From contig OZ025699.1 of NCBI GenBank assembly GCA_964019335.1, forward strand, positions 310,001-374,000: a stretch of 64,000 nucleotides of DNA. Reading direction: 5' to 3'. The stretch comes from Diplonema japonicum. Lineage: Eukaryota; Protista; Euglenozoa: Diplonemea. The translations under genes were made by a program, and so were the position numbers. Every line of letters begins with the position of its first letter. Positions within the stretch are counted from its first letter, which is position 1. Below are positions 55,054-64,000 of this stretch, piece by piece. The notes below the pieces were generated by a model, which made no database searches, was not told where the DNA came from, and saw only the letters and a program-made list of their open reading frames with translations.

Positions 55054-58000
55054 TCTTCTTCTTTCAATCGATTGTTATATGTACTTATAAAATATAAAAT
55101 ATAGCGCGCATTCGACGACACTGATCAAGCGACTGGCACCTTCCGAAGAAGGGCCTCCCACGTCCGCCGGGTTGAGCAGAGGATGCCCCGGGGCGGCCGT
55201 TCCAGTCTGATCATGTCGCACTATAATATATGTTCTCATCTCCAAGGAGAAATGAGGTTTTTTGCCCTCGTAGCTCGCCGGGCCAGCACTCTTACTTGCG
55301 TAAGGTCTTCGTGGTTCTTGGGGGGTGGCGCTGTCCCACATTATGCCACTGCAGCGTGGTGAAGAACAGCCAGTCAGTGGCCACGAAGTAGTGATCCTTC
55401 AAGGCTCTCATATCTCCGTGCCGCGTGAACTGCTGCCGTCTCTCGACGTCCCCCTTCGCCTTCCACGTCTTGTCAAAGTCCAGGATGAGGGCGAACCGGA
55501 CAAACTTCATGTGAATCCCGAGTTCCTTCGCGGTTTTAGGCTCTTCGCCGAGCACGTGTTTGCAGACCCGTATCATGGCTTCTGGCGTCCACTCCCCTTC
55601 CGCTTCGACGATCCCGGCCGTCGCCAGTTTCGTGTGGGAGAGCTTATCTTCCAGACCCGCTCGATGTTCTTCAGCCAGGGCGTGAACGGCGGCCTTGCCC
55701 GACCGTCGGTTCGCCCTGAGGAGGTCCAAGCGGTCTTTCTTCTTTGCGGGCTCCGCTTGTCCGTCGCACAACTGCCCGCGCTTCGCGCTCTTGGACCGCC
55801 ATTTGACGAGCAGAGGTGGCTCTGGTGCACGATCTGTGCTGGTCCTTACCAGCTTGGTGTCGTGGCCAAGGTACACGTCCGGGCATGCGCCTCCCTTTCG
55901 CTTCTTCTTGTGGTGGCTTGCGAGGGGCGGGGCCGGGGCTGGGGCTGAGTGTGGGGCCAGGGCTTCGTCGCCGTCGTGGGTAGTGAGGCATGCCAGTTCC
56001 AGCTCCTCCGTCCGTGGCGCAGGTTCCGCCGTTTCCGATGGCGGGGTCGAGGTCGGGGCAGAGACTTTGTCGCCGTCGTCGCCAGTCAGGTCTATGACCA
56101 CCCTTTCATTTCCTTGTGCCTCCTGTGGTGTAGGCTCTGTCTTTATCGATGTCGGGGTCGAGATTGGGGCAGAGGTCACGTCGTCGTCGCCGGTCAGGTC
56201 TATGACCACCTTCAAATTTCTCCGTGCCTCATCGGTCCCCCGTGGGGCAGGTCTCGCCTATTGAGGATGGGGGTCGTCGTCTGTTTGCGTCGACTCTGTG
56301 GGTGGTGGCTCCAGCATGTACATGTCTCTGCTGTGCTGTGTCAGCTCCGGCATGTACAGGTCGTCTGTAGCTGACAGACCGGCCAGGGGTGAGAATCGTT
56401 CTGGGGTGCGAGGGAAACACGCGGTCGTTGCGCTGTGTGCGCGTCTCGGTTGTGATCCGGGGCTTGACGTGCGACCTCTCGTGATGCCCCCACGACCTCG
56501 TTGGTGCCCCGGTACATCGGTCCACAGCAGACTCTGATGGACAGTCGTCGTTGTCCGCGTAAAAGAAGAAGAAGCAGAAAAAGAAGGAGGAGAAGTAGAA
56601 GTGCCCCGTCCTGACGCAGTCCTGCTACTGCTTTGCATCTGTCGTTGCGACATCGTCGTCAGAGCTAACGGCACCCAGGGCTCCGCTGTCGTCAAGAGGG
56701 GTGGTGGGGCGACCGCCTCCGTTGAGGGCTCGGGTTGCACCCATGTCGTCGATCCATGCTGCCCCAGAGGTTCAGACAGATCCATCTGCACGGGGACTGG
56801 GTCTGTAACGGGGAGGGCATCAGCTTCGGGTAACGGGTCCGAGGCGAGGACCGGGTCAGACGCGGGGACCGGGTCTCTGGTGGAGGCTGCGCCTGATGTA
56901 GGAACCGGGTCTGCGGAGGGGATCGGACTAGAAGCGTGGACCGGGCCTGTGGTGGGGACTGCGTCCGTGACAGAGATCGGGCCAGGCGAACTGACTAGGT
57001 CCGTGGCGTAGACTGGGCCAGTTGTGGGCACTGGGTCGTCATGGACTATCGAGACCGGGCCAGATGCGGGGACCGGATCCGTGACGGGGACCGGGTCAGC
57101 GATCGGGCTATTTGCGGGGACCGGGTCAGCGACTGGGCTTGCTGCGGGGACCGGGTCTGTGATGGGGGTCGTGTCTCCAACCGGGTTGGTTGTGGGGGCC
57201 GGGTCCGTGACAGGGACCGGGTTAGCTGCGGGGACCGGGTCTGTGACGGACCGGGTCAGCGACTGGGCTGGTTGCGCGAAGCTACTTCCGCTCTTGTTTA
57301 TCACCAGCTCCTTCCCGGCGTGCTCGAAGGCTTCGCGGATTGCTCTGCCCAGGCCCTTTCGAAGGAGTCCCTGGTCCAGGTTGGAGTACATCGTTTTAAA
57401 GTCGTAGGTGGCGGGGACCTTCGACTTGAAAAACGTGTACCGCTGCTTGATCTCAGCCGCGACCTGCTCAGCTGATTCCACGATCCAGAAGCGGCGTACT
57501 CCGCTGAGGCCCGGATTCACCTCCTTGCTTCGGAACTCCAGGTCCTTCTCGTGCAGGGTGCGTTGTACAGCTTTTAGGAGGCTCCTGCAACCGGTCTTGC
57601 TGCGTTCGTTGGGGCGGCGGCCTTGAAGGCGTCGTCGCGCTCGCCTCGCCGTCGGAACCTGCAGCTAGCAGTCGTTCCATTATGGACTGTGTTGATTGTG
57701 CTTGTGGGTTGGTGCCTTCCTCCGTCGCAGGGGGGTCTCGGGACGACACGCCAGAAATCCACCGGAAGCCTACTTGTTCTTTGTGTAACTTGATGGCCCC
57801 GTAAAGGTATGGCATCTTCGTCGACTTGATCTTGATGCCGAACGATTCAGTCTCTTCTGTGATGCTATGCCTTGTGCTCTCCATGTCTTGTACCTCTGCA
57901 AAACACTCGCCGTCGAGCTGGGCGTGGAGCAGTTGTAGGTAGTGTGCCTTGCAGACCATGCCGATGTCGTGGACGCTGTTGTCGACTGGCAAGAACACGA

Positions 58001-58100
58001 AAGCCTTCTGCAACTCTTTTAGCTTTGATTTAAGCTGCTCGGGGACCTTAGGATCAAAAACGGGCTGCTGGAGCTCTTTGTTCAGAGTTATAATTGTCAA
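55054..58100 (-). mobile_element. Penelope-like retroelement relic with a large low-complexity insertion
   Basis: FLPVDN....CK..Y, PYLYGAIKLHK...RWIS, FWIVES and TYDFKTMY motifs typical of PLE reverse transcriptases; frameshifted. Confidence 0.7.
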
Positions 58101-58310
58101 TCACATGCCTAGAATTGATTTATTAAAATTCACCATGATATGAACGAAGTGGTTAGCAACGGCCCGGCATTAAAATAAAACTCATAGTAAAAGACAATCC
58201 CACTTTGAGGACAGCCTCTTGTGGTGTGAGTTCCTATCTATAAATAAAATAAATAAATTCGTAGTCAGCTGCAAGTGTATCATAACAAAAGGAGTTCTTG
58301 TAAAAGAACC

Positions 58311-60416
58311 TCAATAAGCTTCGACCATGCTCGTCCCGCCAACCTTGTAAACACAGAAGGTGTCAGTGGGACCCTGATGCGTTCCCTGTTTCTCGCCAAG
58401 AACTTCATTGTCTTTGAGGTGGCCCTTTCCTGCCATCGTTCCGTAGTAACAGAACACGACGTCTTCCTTCGCTTTGGAACACAACTCGAAACACACATCA
58501 ACACACTCCCCCAGAACCGCCACGAACTTCTGCCTCGCACTCCCCACAGTCCCATGCCGAACCTCGCTCGTCGCCACCCCAATGTGGAGGTCGCTGCATC
58601 GCGTTTCCTTGAAGCATCTCAACAAAAGCAAGGGAGTTCTCCACATGTGTTGTGCAGGAACGTGATGTGTTCCACCCAACAGCGACCCTGCTCCCCTGCA
58701 GCGACACGATCACCCCGTGCGACCTCTCCGTGCACATCGCGATCCGGGAAAGCACCTCGTTCACCACAACTGCAACACCCTCCATCACCTCCACACGCAT
58801 GTCCACCACCCCCACTGTAGCTGACAAGGTGTGATGAAGAGAAGTGCTTGCCGCCATCGGAATGCTTCCTGCAGAATGAACAGAGCCATCCGTATTGAGC
58901 CCCCTGGGGTTCCTGTCCCTTTTGTCAGTCAGAGAGTTCCTGTCCTTTCTGTTAAGAGAGAGTTGTGATTCAACAAAGGCTTGCCTCCCTTGAAGGCTTC
59001 TGGGAAGGAGCAGGGAAGGGTTGATATGAGAAGTGATCCCCTTCAGGACTGTCGCCCCCATCGGAAGAACACAGACAGACTCCAAATCCGGTCGCACCTC
59101 CCCCAACACCTCAGGAGTCACAGCCACAGCTCCCCCGACACACACCCCTTCCATCCGAGCCGCCTTGTTCACTGTCCCCCCGAAGTAGTCGTACCTCCCT
59201 GTCAGTTTGTTCAACTGAACATCAACATCACCACAGTGTACCCCAACACGGACACGAAGCCCACACCACGGACCATCGCTGTCCAAAGCAAGGTGTTCCA
59301 AAGCCAGCAGTGCAGAAGGCCACACAGCAGAGACAAGCCCCTCTTGAACAGAGAGCCCAAAGGAAACAGCATCAGAAGAGCTCTCAAAGGCGACCATGAA
59401 GGCATCACCAATGGTCTTCACCTCGTAACCGTTGTGCTTGGAAATGCACTCCCGCATCACTGTGTTGTGCACACGAAGACCCTCCTTCATCCCCTCAGGG
59501 CACGCCTCCCATGTTGCCGTCGAACCTTGGATGTCGGTGAAGACGATGGTGGAACAATTTGACTCGCTGCCAGGTGCGGTGGCTGTGTCGCACTTGGAGT
59601 GCTTCGATGGGGTAACCTCAACGAAGAGGGCATCAGGGAGGTAAGGGCGGTAGATGTGGAGGTTGTTGAGGATGTCGGTGAAGGCGGCATGGAGGGGAGG
59701 GGGGAGAGGAGAAGTACCGATGATGGACTCTGCCTCAGTGAGGTCGAAGCGTGCCAGGCTGCCTGCAATGTGCTCAGCTGCAGTGATCACAGACTTCATG
59801 ACCTCCTGCTCCGCGTGGAGAGACTTCGCAAAGCCACGGGTGAAGTAGAAGTCCATGAGGAACACATAGAGATTTCCAATAAGGATTGAAGCAGATTCTT
59901 TAGCAGGAATAGAGCAAGGGAGGGTGTCGCAGCCGCAGGCTCTCTCTCTTCGGGCTGCTTGTGAAGGGAGCTCGACGAGGAAGGTGTCGGTGTCGAAGAG
60001 GCCGAAGCGGGATGACTTCTCAACAGAGAGCAGCAAGAGCCACAAAGCCAGAGTCATGATGAGAACTGCAGTGACACGTGAAGGGAGCCGGCATACGAGT
60101 GCTATGTCAATGAGTATTACGAAATTAGACCAATATCTTCCAGTTTTCTCTAGTATTGTGGTCCAATCACCAAGGATGTAATACAGAGCATACGCATAAA
60201 CCATAACCTCCACAGCCAGCATGCTCAATCGCTTGGTCAGAAAAAGGTGCACCACAACCATCGCATGGCCTGACAAGAGAACTATTGCCTTGTACTTTTC
60301 ACTTAGCACCAAACCATGGTTGCAAGGAAAGTGCCTACAAATCCCACGATTATGATCTTCTTCGTCATCACCATTGAAGGGCTGTCGTCAGGCAGAATGA
60401 CATGCTTGAATACCAT
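58311..60416 (-). pseudogene. receptor-type adenylate cyclase with two frameshifts
   Basis: Paralogous start MVFKHVILP at 60416 is out of frame with the main ORF; 2-bp loss near 58593 (GTCGCTGCATC versus GTCGCACTGCATC); catalytic motifs intact. Confidence 0.75.
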
Positions 60417-60730
60417 TTCTTGAGGATTACTCTAAAACGGTGATTATTAATAGATAAAAAAAGAATCGACCGACTTCTTTCTCTTTGATCCCGGCTACAC
60501 ATATTCTAAAATCCGTTGAGCACCCTCCGCCGATGCCATTGCATCCGTGGAAATCTTTTTTTTTTTTTTTTTTTTTAAATTTCACCTCCTCTTGGTCTAG
60601 CCAGACCGACCCAGCTGGGCTGTGTGAGCCAACGGAAGTGTGTTGAGACGCCCGTGCTTTCGTGTCGGCCTGTGTTATTGTTCTAGCACCTTTGTGACAT
60701 GGGTATTCTCTTTCCACAGTTGGCTAATGG

Positions 60731-60762
<32 letters not shown>

Positions 60763-63368
60763 CTTTCTATTTCCTGTTTACACTTGATTTGTTTTCTTCC
60801 TGCTGCCTTTTGATTAGCTTGCTAGGTAGACGGCTAGTCGGTGGGGGTTAGTCGGTGGGCTCGTCGGGGGGCTTGCCGGTGGGCTTGTAGGTAGTCTCTT
60901 CGGTGTCCTCGAGGAACCTGATTGCCCTCTTCGGGTCTTTGATGAGGATGTGCTCCAGCGTGTGGATGTCGTAGTGCTTGTCTCTGGCCGCCTTGGTCGC
61001 TGGGCACTCTAGGAGGAGGTGGTGTAGTGTTCTCTGTGTTGTGCCGTCGCATTTTTCGCAGGTGCGTTGGGTTGCGTACTCCTCTTTGAGCAGGTGGTGA
61101 TGACCAGTCTTTAGCTGGTTTACTAGCACTTCTTCGCGTCTGCTGAGCCCTTCCATCCGCTTCGGTGCCTCTCTCCCCTTCGTCCACTTGTTGTATTCTC
61201 GATTTTTATCGAGTCCTGCTCTTATCTCCGCCTTCGTCTTCTGCAGGTAGTTCTTCGCCGCGTTCAGGCTTATCCTCTGCGTCGCTTCCTTGTCTCTACC
61301 TTGCTCGGCGAGTTCATCTGCCTTCTCGTTACCTTCTATTCCGCAGTGACCCGGGATGTAACAGCAGGTGATGCGGTTCTTATTTTTTAGAAGGACATGT
61401 ATGCTGTGCCACATCCTCTCTCCGCGATCCAGTCATTGATTTTTGTGCCGCTTGCGTCCTCTGTCATGTGTGCACTCCACGTTTTGTAGTGCAGGTTTGT
61501 TAGGACGTTATCGCCGTCATGCAGATCTTCTGCGGTGAAATCCTCTGTGCGGGTGTCGTCCCCTCCGTGAGTGGTGGGCGGTAGAGGTTCACAATGTGGA
61601 TGTCCGGTCCGTTCTTCTGGCTGATTAATACGGATATCTTTTCCGTCACTCTCTTGGTGTAGGTGTCGCTCTGCCTGGCTGGGATGCCTTCTCGTACCAG
61701 GATGCTACGCCTCCGCCTTCTATTGCCTTTCCTTTCCGTCTTGGTATTGAACGGTTCTGTTGATAGGTGTTGTACCCCTTGATTTCTATCGGTGTTTTTT
61801 TTTTTTTTTTTTTTTAAATTCCACTTCCTCTTCGACTTGCTAAGGCCGCACCCACTACTGTTTTGAGGAAAACTTCCTGGAGGCACAGCACGTCTATCCG
61901 GTTTTCCTGCAGGCCGTTTATTACGAAGTCTCTGCTTGTGGTCCACCTGTTGCAGTTGAAGGTGACCACCCGTAACCTTTCTCCTTGCTCGCTTGTTATC
62001 AAGTGTTCAGTCAAATGCTTCGCATGTCTGTTTCGCTTTTCAATTTCTTCTCTTTTCTTCTCACGTTCCCGTTCTTTCCTCTCCTTTTCTTTGTATTCTT
62101 CAAATTCGACTCTTATGTCCTCTTCGCTGCTGTCTTCCTCTTCTCCGATAGCATGAATGGCATCCGCTAGCGCTGCATGTCGTTGAAATGAAGATGGAGT
62201 GGGTGGCAGGAAGTGGCTGTCTGACTTCGGAGTGGCTGGTGCCACTGTTTCCGTTGTCTCGTTTGTTGTTGTTTGTTTTGATGATGTTTTTCCGTCTGCG
62301 CTGAACGCTGCATGACGTGGGAATGATGTTGCAAGTAGAGGATGTGGGGTTGTTGTTGGGGATGCGTTCGTGGCTTGGGAGGGTGTCTTGGGTGCGGTTG
62401 TCGTCTCGTTTCATATCCCCTTCTGTGGGGTGTGGTCCAGGACGTGGACTTCTACGGGCGGCTGCCGGTTCGGTGACTGCGACCTTCTCTCTTTTCGGAG
62501 CTGCGCGAGTTTGCCCTCCGTCGCTTTCTTCACCATCTCCCTTCTCCCCTCCGCCTGCCTTTCATGGTCTACCCCCTCCTTGGGGTTCTTCATTTTTTCG
62601 CTCGACCTTGCCCGTCCTTTCCGTTCCCCATCAGCTGACACTGTCCTCCTCCTCACTTCTGCTTTCGTCGTCTTTTTGTTGGTAGTTTTGTCACTTGCTT
62701 TGGTTGTTCCGTGCTCGTTTCAAGGTCGATCTGTGGTGTCGCTGGAGAGTTTGGCTGAGGCTTCTCGACTTCTAGCCTTGTCAACAGCTTGATCATTCGC
62801 TCTTCCAACTCTTGTTGACGTAGCTGCTGTGTTTTCATTTGATCGTTCTGCTGGTTCCATTGCTCCTTTTGTAGTCTTTGCCAGTTTTGTTGAATTCCCT
62901 CTTGTTGTTCTTGCCAGCTGCGTTGTTGCTGTTCTTGCCACTGTGTCTGCCAGCCTTGTTGTTGTTGTTCCTGCCATTTTTCCAGTTGATTTTGCCAGAG
63001 CTGTTGCTGAACTCCTTGTCTTCGTTCTTGTTCTTGTTGCCACGCCTCTGCTTGCCTTTCTGTTTCTGTTGCCACTCCAGTAGGTTTTGTTGCTCCCATT
63101 CGAGGTCTTCTAGCACTACGGTCAGGTGTAGCGGGGTAGTGTTGTAGGGGAGTGGGTGGATGATCCACATCTTCGGGAGTGGTGCCTCTGTAGTCGTTGT
63201 CGTTGTCGTTGTCGTTTACGCAACCCAGGGGGACTTTCGTTTTCACCCATCGGGTGATCCGGCTGGGACCCCGTGGAGGTATCCCCGGGACACGTCTGCG
63301 CTGTTGCCGTTGCCATCTCTTGTGCCTGTTGCCCGCTCATTTTCTTGTCGTTTGTGTCCCACCCAGCC
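60731..63368 (-). mobile_element. ingi/I-group non-LTR retrotransposon, internally deleted, with poly(A) tail
   Basis: APE motifs VTFNCN, DVLCLQE and NLYRPP; RNase H PGHCGIEGNEKADELA; CEKC..HLLLEC; sense poly(A) at 60732-60762. Confidence 0.85.
63229..63368 (-). ncRNA. HDV-like ribozyme at the 5' end of the ingi-like element
   Basis: P1 GGCUGGG/CCCAGCC; P2 GGGGAU/GUCCCC; P3 ACC/GGU; L3 UCCACGG; GG; P4 UCACCC/GGGUGA; J4/2 ACGAAA. Confidence 0.85.
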
Positions 63369-63589
63369 AATAAAGTACAGAAACTGTAGCTTTAGAATCG
63401 TTGGTAGAATCTTAGGTTCGCAGCCAACCTTTTGGACGACTTGCTCTGAATCTCGCCGCTTCTACAATAAATGGGTTGATTTCAAAAAAAAAAAAAAAAA
63501 ACCCCAAAATGAGGCCAATTGACACTTTCGTTGCATCTTTGGGCATGCCACTCCTCAAAAAAAGATATTTCTCCATATTTCAGAGCTCA

Positions 63590-63965
63590 TATTTTGACCT
63601 ATGAAAAATTTAGTTTTAGGGTTAAAAATCGGGTTTTAGTGGTTTTTTTTGGTAAAGTCAGAGAGTATGCTTTCAATAGCAAGAAATACCTTGCCTCTAT
63701 CATACGCTGCGCACCGGTCCCGCGTATCTATGCAGTAGGTACTGCTCTACGAGGTCCGCTATCTCCGAGAACGCTTCGGTGGGCTTCTGTGCTGTAATGA
63801 ACTCACGGTATCTCGACTTCTGCATCAGAGACTCCGCGACTCCGGTGGATGCGGGACGGTGCTATTTTGACCTATGAAAAATTCAGAAAAATTCAGTTTT
63901 AGGGTCAAAAATCAGGTTTTAGTGGTTTTTTTGGTAAAGTCAGAGAGTATGCTTTCAATAGCAAG
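63590..63965. repeat. ~95-bp direct repeat pair
   Basis: TTTTGACCTATGAAAAATT...GAGAGTATGCTTTCAATAGCAAG at ~63590 and ~63864. Confidence 0.8.
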
Positions 63966-64000
63966 TGGAAACCTTCTTTTCCTAGTCTTCTGCGGCTGAC

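Noticed and set aside
55110-55225. SECIS, hammerhead or HDV ribozyme
   Set aside because: AUGA..AA is present but the stem is too short and the apical region too large; no CUGANGA/GAAA core; no P1 partner
9229-59889. Repeated plus-strand ORFs overlapping genes and LINEs
   Set aside because: Antisense shadows; they recur only because the sense genes are duplicated
58311-60416. Programmed frameshifting or editing in the last cyclase
   Set aside because: Simple small deletions relative to paralogues; a pseudogene or sequencing error is more parsimonious

Overview
Eukaryotic, essentially intronless DNA with all host genes on the minus strand and long poly(A)/poly(T) spacers. It most resembles a euglenozoan, probably diplonemid-like (inference from gene organisation and the cyclase type). 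Host genes: a type II membrane protein with two SGNH/PC-esterase-like domains, three near-identical Cys-rich scramblase-like genes, a small 2-TM protein, and an array (21-60 kb) of nine multi-pass receptor-like class III nucleotidyl cyclases in two architectures. Four have a catalytic plus a degenerate domain (one is frameshifted); five have a degenerate domain only. Intergenic DNA is a mosaic of retroelements. Main hunt result: a ~300-bp short retroposon (6 full-length copies, 1 stub) whose first ~134 nt fold into a canonical HDV-like self-cleaving ribozyme. It has alternative 3' tails, ends in oligo(T), and sits sense-oriented downstream of cyclase stop codons. Its likely partners are non-LTR families whose sense strands also end in oligo(T) rather than poly(A). 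Two further HDV-like ribozymes were found (5' end of an ingi-like element; 1194 on + strand), plus a Penelope-like RT relic and direct evidence of copy-specific CpG decay. All calls were made by eye; no searches or folding programs were run.
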